Assembly (NCBI GenBank): GCA_965368975.1
Contig: CBDUPA010000024.1
Span: 16,790 to 80,789 of the forward strand
DNA length: 64,000 bases
Reading direction: 5' to 3'
Source of the DNA: an uncultured bacterium
Lineage (GTDB): Bacteria; Acidobacteriota; Thermoanaerobaculia; Multivoradales; JAHZIX01
Positions 34,118 to 43,775 of the stretch are shown piece after piece. The notes beneath the pieces were generated by a model. The model was not told the origin of the DNA and did not search any database. It saw nothing but the letters and a program-made list of their open reading frames with translations. Numbering within the stretch: the first letter of the stretch is position 1; each line of letters opens with the position of its first letter. The position numbers and the translations under genes were made by a program.

Positions 34118-36778
34118 ATGAGCACCACACGTCACTTGAGGGAATCTCCCTCCGAACCGCCGAACTCGGACCTGATCAGTGACGAGGTCAGCAGCTCGGG
34201 CTGGCCGGAGCGCCTGGGGGCGTACCGAGTGCAGCGGTTGCTCGGACGCGGCGGCATGGGGGAAGTGTACCTGGCTTGGGATCAGAGACTCGAGCGGCAC
34301 GTGGCGATCAAGAGGTTGCGGCCGGAGCGGGTGACGGATGCGCAGCGGGAGCGGTTCCGGCGCGAGGCGCGGGCGGCGGCGCAACTGCAGCATCCTTCGG
34401 TGGTGCAGGTGTTCGACATCCTGGAGCTCGACGAAGGCGACGGCATCGTCATGGAGTACGTGCCCGGGCGGACGGTGGCGGAGCTGGTGCGCCACGGACC
34501 GCTGGCGATGCCGCTGGCGATGCGCTTGGCACAGCAGGTGGCGGAAGGCCTGGCGGCAGCGCATGCGCGCGGGCTGGTGCACCGCGATCTGAAGGCCGAG
34601 AACGTCATTCTCACCGAGTCGCTGGACGCCAAGATTCTCGACTTCGGCCTGGTCACGACGCGCGCGCCGACGGTCGCGGAAACCACCCTCACCGAACCGG
34701 GCGCGGTGCTGGGGACGGCGTCGGCGATGGCGCCGGAGCAGGCGCGCGGTGAGGCGACGGACGCGCGCACGGACTTGTTCGCGCTCGGCGTGCTGCTCTA
34801 CCGCATGCTGTGCGGCGCGGCGCCCTACGCGGGAGCCGACTCGGCCGATACGTTGCGCCGGCTGCGCGACGAGACGGCGATTCCGCTCTCCGAGCGGCGC
34901 TCCGAGGTGCCGGCACCGCTGGCGCGGCTGGTCGACCGGCTGTTGTCGAAGAATCCGGATCGGCGGCCGCAGAGCGGGCAAGAGGTGGCACAGTCACTGG
35001 CCGCCATGACTGGCAGTGCGGTGGTGCCGGAAGCCGACACGGGCGGCAGTACCTCGACCCTGCTGCTGCCCCCGGCGCGGCGCCGCCAGGTCCAGCACCA
35101 GGTGCGGCAACGTCGCCGTCGGTGGCTGCGCTGGATCGGCGTGGTACTGGCCGCTACGGTGGTACTGGCGGGGCTTTTCGCCTGGCTGCTGTCGTCGAGA
35201 GTGTCGCCCCCGCTGCGCGTCCTGGTGCTGGAGCCGGAGGTGACCGTGCGCGACGAGGTCGAGCGCCAGCGCCTGCAGGCGGTGGCCTCGGCCGTGCTGA
35301 CCGCGTCGCTGAGCGGTCTGGGTGGCCTGGACGGCGTTCAAGCGCTGGACCCGGCGCTGGCGGCTGAGGCGCAAACGCCTGTGTTGCAGGCGCGGGCGGC
35401 GGCGGCGGACGAGTTGCTCTACGCCGAGGTGGCGCCAGAGCCCTTCGGCGGTGGCGGGCGGGTGTCTCTGCGGCGCCTGGATGGGGCTACGGGTGCGGTT
35501 CTCTGGGCGGACAGCTTCGCGGTGCCGACCGATCGACTGGAGTTGCGCCTGACGGCGGACAGCGTTGCCGCCTACCTGCAGCGGGCCTGGCCGCATCAGC
35601 GGCCGCGCGAGGGCGTGCCGGTGCTCGACGTGCGACCGTTGGACTACGCGGCCTTTCTGGATCTACGCCGGCAGTTCGTCGCCGAGCGCCTGGTCGAGCC
35701 GTCGCAGCTCGACACCATCGAGACCATCCTCGAGAACTCGCCGCGTTTCTACAGCGGCTACCTCCTGGCGGTCACGATGCACTTGCAGCGTTTCACCTCC
35801 AGCCGCCGCGTCGAGCACTTGCAGCACGCCTCCGATCAGCTCGACCGCGCCGCCGAGCTGGCACCGGAGGCCCCGGAGGTGCTGTCCCTGCGCTTCGTCG
35901 TCCAGCGCCTGGGTGGCCAGCTCGAAGAAGCCGGCGCGACCCTCGACCGGCTGACCCGCCTGACGCCCGCCGATGTCAACCTGCTGTCGATGCGCGCTGA
36001 TCTGGCGCGTCAGCAGGGTGACACGGAGGTCGCGCTGACCTTCCTGCGCAAGGCGGTCGAGCGGGTGCCGTCCTGGGAACTGCGCTACCGACTGGCTTCC
36101 CTGGCGTCCAGAACCGGCGATCTGGCGACCGCGCGCGAACAGCTGCAGCACATCCTCGAACAGCAGCCGCAACACCCGCGGGCGCTGGCCCGCTTGGCCG
36201 ACGCGGAGCTGCTCTACGGTGACGTGGGGGCCGCGGTCGAGCTCTACCAGCAACTGGTGGTAGCAGCACCGCGGCGCAGTCTGCTGACCAATCTGGGGCT
36301 GGCGCAGTACCTGCTGGGCCGCTACGACGACGCCGTCGACAGCTACCAGCAAGCCCTGGAACTGGATGCCGAACATCCGATCGTGCTGCTCAACCTGGCG
36401 GATGCCGAGACGGCCTTGGGGCACGCGGACGAGGCGCGGGAGATCTACCAGCGTCTGCTGCAGCGGCTCGATGCCGCGGGTACAGACTTGCCGTTGAACT
36501 ACCGCATGGTGCGGGCACAGTGCCTGGCCCACCTGGGGCAGGTGCAGTCGGCGCTGGAAGTCGTGCAGCGTACCTGGCAGCAGGATCAGGACAACCCGGA
36601 CCTGGCCTACCAGGCGGCCGTGGTCTATGCCGTTGCCGGTGAACGGGCGTCGGCGCTGCTGGCGGCGCGCCAGGCGATCGAGCGCGGACTGCAGCCGCGC
36701 TGGTTGCGCGTGCCGGTGTTCGACAAGCTGGCGGCGCAGCCCGGGTTCCAGGACTTGTTGGCCTCGCCAGCGCTCTAG
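34118..36778 (+). CDS. Serine/threonine protein kinase with C-terminal TPR repeats (about 886 aa)
   Basis: YRVQRLLGRGGMGEVYLAWD, VAIKRL, HRDLKAENVIL, DFGL, APE motifs. A TM segment (WIGVVLAATVVLAGLFAWLL) sits after the kinase domain. Long TPR region with repeated LGLAQYLLGRYDDAVDSYQQALELD-type units. Confidence 0.8.
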   Translation: MSTTRHLRESPSEPPNSDLISDEVSSSGWPERLGAYRVQRLLGRGGMGEVYLAWDQRLERHVAIKRLRPERVTDAQRERFRREARAAAQLQHPSVVQVFDILELDEGDGIVMEYVPGRTVAELVRHGPLAMPLAMRLAQQVAEGLAAAHARGLVHRDLKAENVILTESLDAKILDFGLVTTRAPTVAETTLTEPGAVLGTASAMAPEQARGEATDARTDLFALGVLLYRMLCGAAPYAGADSADTLRRLRDETAIPLSERRSEVPAPLARLVDRLLSKNPDRRPQSGQEVAQSLAAMTGSAVVPEADTGGSTSTLLLPPARRRQVQHQVRQRRRRWLRWIGVVLAATVVLAGLFAWLLSSRVSPPLRVLVLEPEVTVRDEVERQRLQAVASAVLTASLSGLGGLDGVQALDPALAAEAQTPVLQARAAAADELLYAEVAPEPFGGGGRVSLRRLDGATGAVLWADSFAVPTDRLELRLTADSVAAYLQRAWPHQRPREGVPVLDVRPLDYAAFLDLRRQFVAERLVEPSQLDTIETILENSPRFYSGYLLAVTMHLQRFTSSRRVEHLQHASDQLDRAAELAPEAPEVLSLRFVVQRLGGQLEEAGATLDRLTRLTPADVNLLSMRADLARQQGDTEVALTFLRKAVERVPSWELRYRLASLASRTGDLATAREQLQHILEQQPQHPRALARLADAELLYGDVGAAVELYQQLVVAAPRRSLLTNLGLAQYLLGRYDDAVDSYQQALELDAEHPIVLLNLADAETALGHADEAREIYQRLLQRLDAAGTDLPLNYRMVRAQCLAHLGQVQSALEVVQRTWQQDQDNPDLAYQAAVVYAVAGERASALLAARQAIERGLQPRWLRVPVFDKLAAQPGFQDLLASPAL

Positions 36779-36833
36779 GGCTCTCGCTCCAATCGGCTGC
36801 GGCAGCTTGCCGCCCTACGGGCGCCACGGGCGC

Positions 36834-37643
36834 CTACGGGCGGATCGAGGGCGAGATCGGGCCGACCAGTTCACCGTCGTTGTCGATCGCTGGGTCTTCG
36901 CTCGACAGTGCCATCAGGCCGTCGACGGTACGGATGCGCACCAGGTAGCCGAAGCTGCCACGTTGCCCGCTGTCACCGCTCAGCACGACCTGGGCCGGTA
37001 CGTCGAGGAAGGACGTCACGTTCTTGAACGGCCCCAGGATCGGCTGGTCTCCCGGGAAGGCCACCTCGGGGATCCAGCGCGCGTCTTGGCCGAAGAAGTC
37101 GGGCGCGATGTTGAACTCGAAGACGGCCGTGTCGCCCGGTTGAATCGACAGGTTTGGAGGGTCGAGCGCCAGGGTCAGTGGCAGTCGGATCGACTTGTTG
37201 CTGCCGCTACCGGCCAGCTCGGCGCGTACCGTGACCTTGATGCGCTTGCCGGCGGCGAATGTACCCATGCGGTTGGCGGGCGTCAGAGTGATGCGGCCTC
37301 GGTTGCTGCGCTTGACGGCGCGGATGCGCCAATCTTCGCTGCGCGGCACGAGGGCGGCGTGATAGTCGAAGCGCAAGGGTTTCTTCGGCGCGCAGGGGTC
37401 GAGGAAGTGTTCGAAGCCCTCGAGGATCACGGTACTTCCGGAGACGGAAATGCGCGTGAAGGTCCCGCTGGGGGACAGCACCGTAGGGGCGAATTGCTCG
37501 TTGTTCAGCAGAGCTTGGTCGAACTCCCAGATCAGGCTGTCGCCAGCACGGAACTGATTGATCACAGTGTTCGTGGGGATCTTCGGCGTACCGGGCTGGC
37601 TCCGGTCGTTTTCGACCTGGATCCGGAAGTACTGAGAACTCAT
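36834..37643 (-). CDS. Hypothetical beta-rich protein (about 270 aa) immediately downstream of a Dam-like DNA methyltransferase
   Basis: Second ATG (MSSQYF..., 37643) has GGAG 9 nt upstream. The 537-aa ORF from 38447 is an upstream over-extension through the gap and the MTase 3' end. Composition is coding-like, while the opposite-strand ORF 36627..37739 is Arg/Gly-rich junk. No nuclease motif recognised. Confidence 0.4.
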   Translation of the reverse strand: MSSQYFRIQVENDRSQPGTPKIPTNTVINQFRAGDSLIWEFDQALLNNEQFAPTVLSPSGTFTRISVSGSTVILEGFEHFLDPCAPKKPLRFDYHAALVPRSEDWRIRAVKRSNRGRITLTPANRMGTFAAGKRIKVTVRAELAGSGSNKSIRLPLTLALDPPNLSIQPGDTAVFEFNIAPDFFGQDARWIPEVAFPGDQPILGPFKNVTSFLDVPAQVVLSGDSGQRGSFGYLVRIRTVDGLMALSSEDPAIDNDGELVGPISPSIRP

Positions 37644-37735
37644 GACGGTCATCTCCGTGAAGCGAGCGCGCCGAGGCGCTGCGGGAAAGAAATCGAGGAT
37701 GTGAAGAAGTCCAGTGTATCTCAGCGTGACGTCGG

Positions 37736-38782
37736 CTAGCTCCGTCCCACCAGCACGTACTCGCGCACTAGCGTGCGCTTGCGGTCGACGCCGGCGTGGT
37801 TGCCGAAGTGGTAGCGATGCGGCCGCTCGTGCACGTCGACGCGCGGCTTGTGACGCTGCAGCAGGTCGCACAGCACGTCGAGGTCGGGGAAGCCGTTGGA
37901 GGAGTAGGAGAGCACGACGGTGGCATCGCGGAACTGCGCGAACAGGCGCTCGAAGGCGTCGAGGGCGGTGCGCTTGGAACCGAATGGGGTGCGCCTCTTT
38001 TTGAGTTTCTTGACCCGGCTGGTGCTCAGGATTTCGGCGTCTGGTGCCCGCCACCAGGACATCAAGCCCTCGACGAAGTGGTAGCGCTTGATGTAGCAGT
38101 TGTCGTCGGCGCGTGGCACGTAGGGCGGGTCGAGGTAGACCAGGTCGATGTCCTCCAAGGTCTTGCCCAGCACTTCCGGTAGCGCGAAGACGTCGGCGCG
38201 CAGCGCTCGGTTGTCGCGGCCGTTGTCGAAGACCGCCCCCTGGAACACGTCCAGCGACTCCCGGAACAGCTGCGACAAGGGCAGGCGCAGATCGCGACGA
38301 CCGTCCTTGTAGCGCTCCGGGTCCCCAGCAACGGTGAACACGCCGCGCGGTTGACGCTTCATGCAGGCGCGGGCCAGCGCCGCGAGCACCAGGGCACGTG
38401 CGTGGTGGTGCTCGGCCGTCGTCTCCCAGGTGTCGATGCGAGCCCACACCGTGTCCAGGAAGCGCAGGTCGTCGAGAGTGAAGAAGATGCCGCCGAAGGT
38501 CTCTTCGATGAAGCGTCGAGGTGGCTGGTCGGGCCGCGCCGAGGGTGGCGTCAGCAACGCCTCGACCTGCGCCTCGTCGAGCCGGCGGTGCGAGTTCTCG
38601 ACGGTGGCGCGCGCGATCTGGTGTCCCAGTTCCAGGGTGTCGGCGGCGTGGACCTGCTTGCCCATGCGCTTGAGCAAGTAGGGCACGCAGCCACTGCCGC
38701 AGAACGGGTCGAGTGCGCTGTCGAAGTCGAGATCGGCGAAGATCTCGTGCAGCCAGGTCAGCAGCCGATGCTTGCTGCCCAT
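37736..38782 (-). CDS. DNA N6-adenine methyltransferase, D12 class (Dam-like)
   Basis: RYMGSKHRLLTWL (Dam N-terminal motif), FxGxG AdoMet motif DPFCGSGCV, and catalytic DPPY (LVYLDPPYV) in Dam order. Start set at the ATG at 38782 (MGSKHRLL); the ORF start at 38962 is a 60-codon over-extension. Confidence 0.75.
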   Translation of the reverse strand: MGSKHRLLTWLHEIFADLDFDSALDPFCGSGCVPYLLKRMGKQVHAADTLELGHQIARATVENSHRRLDEAQVEALLTPPSARPDQPPRRFIEETFGGIFFTLDDLRFLDTVWARIDTWETTAEHHHARALVLAALARACMKRQPRGVFTVAGDPERYKDGRRDLRLPLSQLFRESLDVFQGAVFDNGRDNRALRADVFALPEVLGKTLEDIDLVYLDPPYVPRADDNCYIKRYHFVEGLMSWWRAPDAEILSTSRVKKLKKRRTPFGSKRTALDAFERLFAQFRDATVVLSYSSNGFPDLDVLCDLLQRHKPRVDVHERPHRYHFGNHAGVDRKRTLVREYVLVGRS

Positions 38783-39095
38783 GTAGCGCAGGCGTGGAAA
38801 GCGACCGGCGTCGCGCAGGATGGCTGGCGAAGCGGAGTTGGATGCAGGTGGTGGATCGGCGGCGGGCGCTGGCGAGGACGTCACGCCGCCGATCCTAGCA
38901 GGGCGCTGGCTTGCTCGTGGCGCGAGCCTGTGGGGAATGCCGAGGACCGAAACAACACTCATAGGACGGAAAGACCGCTGGATCCGTATGACTAGATAGA
39001 TTTCCCGTCCAGCTCACTTGCCTTCAACTTGCAGCATGGTGGAGTACCCAACCCGGCTCCGAGAGCCGTCACAATTTTCCCTCGGGAGACGAAGC

Positions 39096-42000
39096 ATGAA
39101 GCGAGCACTGCGATCCGCACTGCACAACCTGCTGCTGGTGGCACTGGCCCTGGTCCAGCCCTGGGATTCGATACCGTTGGCAGCACAAGAGCTGTCGATT
39201 TCCGGCCGCATCCTGGACGACACCGGGCAACCCCTGGCGGCCGCGACGCTGGAGCTGGTGGCGGAACCGACGGCTTACGAGAGGTCGCAGTTGCTGGCCG
39301 AGGGGCGGGCGTATCCGGCACCGACGGTGCAGACGCGCAGTGCCGCGGACGGTCGTTTCCGCCTGGTCGCTCCGCAAGCCGGAATGTGGGTCGTGCTGGC
39401 CAAGGCGCCTGGACGGGGGACACAGGAGTTCGCGCTCCACCCGCTCGTACACTCGATGGCACTGCCGGACGTCGAGTTACAGCCGGTGACCTGGTTGGTG
39501 GTGCGTGGTTTGCCGGCGTCGGCCCGGGTCTTGGGGCAAGGCTGGATGCTGCGCGCCAATCCCTTCCAGTTGCAAGCCTGGGGGATGGCGACGCGTGTGG
39601 TGTCGGCGCCGCGGGCAGGTGGCCCGGTACAGGTGCCGGTCGACGCTGGTGAGCGGCTGCGCCTGGAGGCCTGGGCGCCTGGGTATTCGAGCGCCATGGT
39701 GGACGCGACGGGGCGCGATAGCTCCGTGACGCTGACCTTGCAGCCGCTGGGCGCGCGCTCCGTGGTGGTCAAGGATGCTCGGGGGCAGGTGGCCGCTGGT
39801 GTTGTGCTGCGGCTCGGGGAGGCTGGCTGGCCGGCCGCCGAAACCGATGCCGAGGGACGGTGCGCGCTGGCGCCACCGATGGGTGTCGAGAGCTTGTGGA
39901 TCGAGCTGCTGGCGCCCGATGGTCGCCGGGGACGCACCGCGCTGGAAGCGCCTCCTGACAATATGCCCCTGGAGCTCACCCTGCCGGCCTTGGTACGCAC
40001 TCGTGGCCGGGTACTGGTCAAAGACAGTCGCCAGCCGATCGCGGGAGCCTGGGTCTGGTATTCCGGGCGTGAAGCCGAAGTGGTGCGCACAGGGGCGGGG
40101 GGTACCTTCGACATGGAGACCGGAACCTTGTCACCCGGCACCGGGCGCGCGCAGAGTGTCCTGCAGGCCGCCGCGGCTGGGTACTTGAACTCCTTCGATG
40201 GGGTGGCTCGCAGGGGCGGCCCGCGCACGGTCCAGATTGCCGACGATACGGAGTCCACCTTGACCCTGCTGCCGGCGGTGCAGGTGCACGGCAGGGTGGT
40301 CGATACTCAGGATCGCGGGCTCGCCGGTGTTCGTGTGAGTGCTCGGCCGGATCTGGTGCGGCGGCAGTTCCAGACACTGTCGGGGGACGGGGCGGTTACC
40401 GATGCCCAGGGCCGATTCGTCCTGGCTGCCCTGGGTCCTGAGAGCGCTTACGAGATCAGCTTGCAGGCCGAGGGGTATGCGCGGATGTCGCAAACCCTGA
40501 CCACACTGCCCGCTGGCCAGGAGCAGCCGCGGCCGACCTTCACGCTGCAGCGTGGCCGTCGCATCTTCGGTTGGATTCTCGACGTCGAAGGGACGCCAAT
40601 CGCCGGTGCCGGCGTGGTCCTGGCCGAGAGCCAGCCGGCCATGCAGCGGACGTATCGCCGAAGTCTGCGCTTCCTGCAGGGGGCACCCGAGAAAGGACTG
40701 GAAGCCTTCACCGATGCCGAGGGCCGCTTCGAGTTCGTACACGTACCCGCCGGCACCTACGATCTGGAGGCCGACGCGGTCGGGTTTGTCGCCACGACGG
40801 TTCCGGGCTTGGAGGTCGCGCCGGGAACGGACGATCTGGACCTGGGAGACATCTATCTGGACCCGGGCGTGACGATCAGCGGCCGGGTGACCGATGCGCA
40901 GGGCCAGCCGCTGGCGGAAGTGTCCGTAACGGCCCGGCCGGTTGGGCAAGTGGGGGGCAGCCTGGTCAGAGATCTCATGCGGAGGCGACTCGGTGGCGAA
41001 GACGGTGGGATTCGCAGCGCCGTGGATGGTGTCTTCGAAGTGCCGGATCTGGCGCTCGGCAGCAAGGTGAATCTGCACTTCGATCGCGAGGGCTACCAAG
41101 GGGTGGAGATCCCCGGCGTCGAAGTGCCGCCGGCCCTGCCGGTCGAAGCCGTGATGCAGGCGTCGAGCCAGGTGCGTGGCCGCGTCGAGACCGAGCAGGG
41201 AGAGCCGGTGGAGCGAGCGCGGGTGATGCTGGTGACGCGTGGTAGGACCGATCGCTTCCGGGGACCGCTGTTCCATGTGACCGAGCTGGATGGAACCTTC
41301 ATCCTCGATCAGGTGCCGCCGGGCACCTACCAATTCAACGTCGCTGGGGAGAGCTTCTTGCCCTACCAGGGAGCTGACGTCGAAGTGACGGCGGGCAGCG
41401 ATGTCGAGGGCTTGGTAGCGGTGCTGCAGCCGGGTTCTGAGGTCGCTGGTCGCGTGCTCGATCCGCAGGGACGCCCCGTTGCCGGAGCCCTCGTCCAGCT
41501 GATGGTCGAGTCTGAGAGCAATCCCTTCGTGCGCGGCGTGATGAACACGGCGCAGGCCAGTACCGATGGCGATGGCCGCTACCGGTTGCAGGGCCTGCCA
41601 CCCGGTCGCCAATCGATCGAGGCGAGGCACGAGGCGTACCGCCGTGTGGTGGCCGATCTCGAGGTTCGAACGGGCACCAACGCGCTCGATCTGCACCTCG
41701 AGACCGGCTTCGAGATTCGAGGTCGCGCGGTCGATGCATTCGGCACCCCGCTGTCGGGCGTGGGCGTGCGGTCGTTCCCCACGGGGGGTGGCGATTTTCG
41801 CGAAACGGTAAGCGATCGTGCCGGTAGCTTCGTGCTCAGCGGTCTGCCCGAAGGCATGTTCCGGCTCAGTGCGGAACTCGAGGGCTACACGTCGGACGAG
41901 CGTTACACCCAAGTCCAGCTGGTGGGAGCGTCGGTCGATGGTGTCGAGCTCGTGCTGCGCCAGGGAGGCGCCATCGTCGGCACCATCAGCGGTCTCGAGT

Positions 42001-43259
42001 TCTTCGAGCTGTCCCAACTGCGCGTCAACGCCCGCCGTGCCCGTAGCAACGGTGGCGACGGCACGGTCAATCACCAGGGGGACTACCGCATCGACTCCCT
42101 GGCTCCCGGTACCTGGACAGTGGTCGCCTCTCTCGACGGACAGGGACGTACAGTGCAGGGAGACATTGAGCTGCCCGAAGGGGCGACCGAAGTGCGGCTC
42201 GACCTCGAGTTCACGCCGGGCTTCGAGGTGACGGGGATGGTCGTGCAGGGTGGGCAGCCGGTGACCGATGCCAGGGTCAACTTCGTGCCCAGCGGCGAAG
42301 GCGCCGAAGAGCGGATCGGCGCATCCGTATCCACCGACTACCAGGGCCGCTTCCGGCTCGAAGTATCGGCTCCCGGCACCTACACCGCCAGCATCCACCA
42401 CTTCGACAGCGGCATCCAGCACAACGAGGACGTCGAGGTGAGTCATGGCAGCGACCTGACCATCGAGCTGCCCACCAACCTCCTCGCAGGCCAGGTCCGC
42501 GACGCCAGCAGCCGCGAGCCGTTGGCCGACGCGCGGGTCGAGCTGCAGTCAGAGGGAGAACGGCGTTTGCCCGGTGGTCGCGTGACCACCGATGGCGAAG
42601 GCCGTTTCCGTTTCGAGGGCGTGGCCGCTGGAGACTGGACCGTCCGTGCCAGCAAGGACGGTTACGCCCCAGCTGAGCGGCGGGTGACTCTGGCGTCCGG
42701 GGACACCGTCGATGACGTGGTGCTCGACCTCAGCGCCACCGAGGGCCTGACCCTCGACGTCCTGCTGCCTTCCGGCGAAGCTGCCGATCAAGTCACGGTG
42801 GCGGTGGTCGACACCGGCAATCGCCCCAGCTTCACCGGCAACTACGGCACGGGTGAAGGAGGTCGCGTGCACGTCCCCTCGGCGCCGCCCGGGCAATGGG
42901 ACGTCCTGGTCAGCGGCAATGGTGGTGCCACCGTGCGCATCAGTGCGAGTATTCCCGGTCCACCGATTGCCATCCGCCTGCCCTACGCCGGCAGCGTCGA
43001 GGTGATCGTGCCCGAACTCGACGGTGGCAGCGTGCAGCAACCGGTCAAGGCCGAGCTCGTGAGCGCTGACGGCCGTGCCCACGCCGCCGTCTACCGCTTC
43101 GGAGCACCGCGCTCCGCCTGGACGCTGCGCGGTAGCCAGGTGCGCATCGACTCCGTGCCCGTCGGGTCGTGGCGGGTCAACGTCACGGCCGCTGATGGCA
43201 CCAGCTGGAGCGGTAGTGTGACCGTCACCCCGGGGGGTGTCGCGCAGCTGGTGCTCTAG
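39096..43259 (+). CDS. Very large secreted protein (about 1388 aa) composed of about 12-14 carboxypeptidase-regulatory-like (CarbopepD_reg / transthyretin-like) beta-sandwich repeats
   Basis: Signal peptide MKRALRSALHNLLLVALALVQPWDSIPLAAQ. Then a reiterated pattern every 85-100 aa (G[RT]V.D..G.P[LV]A.A.V...). No C-terminal TonB-dependent barrel. The opposite-strand 771-aa ORF is an antisense artefact. Confidence 0.65.
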   Translation: MKRALRSALHNLLLVALALVQPWDSIPLAAQELSISGRILDDTGQPLAAATLELVAEPTAYERSQLLAEGRAYPAPTVQTRSAADGRFRLVAPQAGMWVVLAKAPGRGTQEFALHPLVHSMALPDVELQPVTWLVVRGLPASARVLGQGWMLRANPFQLQAWGMATRVVSAPRAGGPVQVPVDAGERLRLEAWAPGYSSAMVDATGRDSSVTLTLQPLGARSVVVKDARGQVAAGVVLRLGEAGWPAAETDAEGRCALAPPMGVESLWIELLAPDGRRGRTALEAPPDNMPLELTLPALVRTRGRVLVKDSRQPIAGAWVWYSGREAEVVRTGAGGTFDMETGTLSPGTGRAQSVLQAAAAGYLNSFDGVARRGGPRTVQIADDTESTLTLLPAVQVHGRVVDTQDRGLAGVRVSARPDLVRRQFQTLSGDGAVTDAQGRFVLAALGPESAYEISLQAEGYARMSQTLTTLPAGQEQPRPTFTLQRGRRIFGWILDVEGTPIAGAGVVLAESQPAMQRTYRRSLRFLQGAPEKGLEAFTDAEGRFEFVHVPAGTYDLEADAVGFVATTVPGLEVAPGTDDLDLGDIYLDPGVTISGRVTDAQGQPLAEVSVTARPVGQVGGSLVRDLMRRRLGGEDGGIRSAVDGVFEVPDLALGSKVNLHFDREGYQGVEIPGVEVPPALPVEAVMQASSQVRGRVETEQGEPVERARVMLVTRGRTDRFRGPLFHVTELDGTFILDQVPPGTYQFNVAGESFLPYQGADVEVTAGSDVEGLVAVLQPGSEVAGRVLDPQGRPVAGALVQLMVESESNPFVRGVMNTAQASTDGDGRYRLQGLPPGRQSIEARHEAYRRVVADLEVRTGTNALDLHLETGFEIRGRAVDAFGTPLSGVGVRSFPTGGGDFRETVSDRAGSFVLSGLPEGMFRLSAELEGYTSDERYTQVQLVGASVDGVELVLRQGGAIVGTISGLEFFELSQLRVNARRARSNGGDGTVNHQGDYRIDSLAPGTWTVVASLDGQGRTVQGDIELPEGATEVRLDLEFTPGFEVTGMVVQGGQPVTDARVNFVPSGEGAEERIGASVSTDYQGRFRLEVSAPGTYTASIHHFDSGIQHNEDVEVSHGSDLTIELPTNLLAGQVRDASSREPLADARVELQSEGERRLPGGRVTTDGEGRFRFEGVAAGDWTVRASKDGYAPAERRVTLASGDTVDDVVLDLSATEGLTLDVLLPSGEAADQVTVAVVDTGNRPSFTGNYGTGEGGRVHVPSAPPGQWDVLVSGNGGATVRISASIPGPPIAIRLPYAGSVEVIVPELDGGSVQQPVKAELVSADGRAHAAVYRFGAPRSAWTLRGSQVRIDSVPVGSWRVNVTAADGTSWSGSVTVTPGGVAQLVL

Positions 43260-43732
43260 CTGGTCTGCGCGGGAGAGTCTGCCCCACGCTGGGATCTCAA
43301 CTGCTCGACCATCACCGCCGCATCGAACGTGACCGGGAGCTGCTTCTGCAGGCTACCGTCCGGGCGCAGCACGAAGAGACGGGGAAAGCCCGCCGCCTCG
43401 TGCTGCTCCAGGAAGGCCTCGCCCTCGTCGGACTCGTACTCCAGTCGCACGACTTTCCACCGCGCCAGCTCGCTGCGCACGTCGGCATCCGCGAACACGC
43501 TCTGGTCCAGCTTGCGGCAGCTCGGGCACCAGATCGCCGAGACGTTGACCAGGATCGGCGAGCCGTCCTGCAAGGCTGCGGCTTGGGCGGCGTCGAGGGA
43601 TAGGAATTCGAGTTCCGTCTCGGCCAACGCTTGACGGCCGAGGTAGCTCTGCACCTCGACGTTGACGAAGTACGCGGCCAGAACGACGACGGCGATGATC
43701 GCGAGCTTGACGAGATTCGAACGCTGGAACAC
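43256..43732 (-). CDS. Thioredoxin-fold protein (TlpA/DsbE-like, CxxC), membrane anchored
   Basis: GTG start at 43732 with RBS AGGAG 8 nt upstream. N-terminal TM helix (LVKLAIIAVVVLAAYF), thioredoxin-like NVSAIWCPSCRKLD active site. Overlaps the big-protein stop by 4 nt convergently. Confidence 0.6.
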   Translation of the reverse strand: MFQRSNLVKLAIIAVVVLAAYFVNVEVQSYLGRQALAETELEFLSLDAAQAAALQDGSPILVNVSAIWCPSCRKLDQSVFADADVRSELARWKVVRLEYESDEGEAFLEQHEAAGFPRLFVLRPDGSLQKQLPVTFDAAVMVEQLRSQRGADSPAQTS

Positions 43733-43775
43733 GGGGATCTCCTGACTGGATGTGACGTCGAGGGGCTGCGTGGAT

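Noticed and set aside
36627-37739. 370-aa plus-strand ORF opposite the unknown gene 36834..37643
   Set aside because: It is Arg/Gly/Ala-rich junk-like. The minus-strand frame has a plausible SD and protein-like composition, so I kept it, but with low confidence.
40131-42446. 771-aa minus-strand ORF inside the giant CarbopepD_reg repeat gene
   Set aside because: The plus-strand frame shows the signal peptide and regular domain repeats. The minus frame has no periodicity or motifs.
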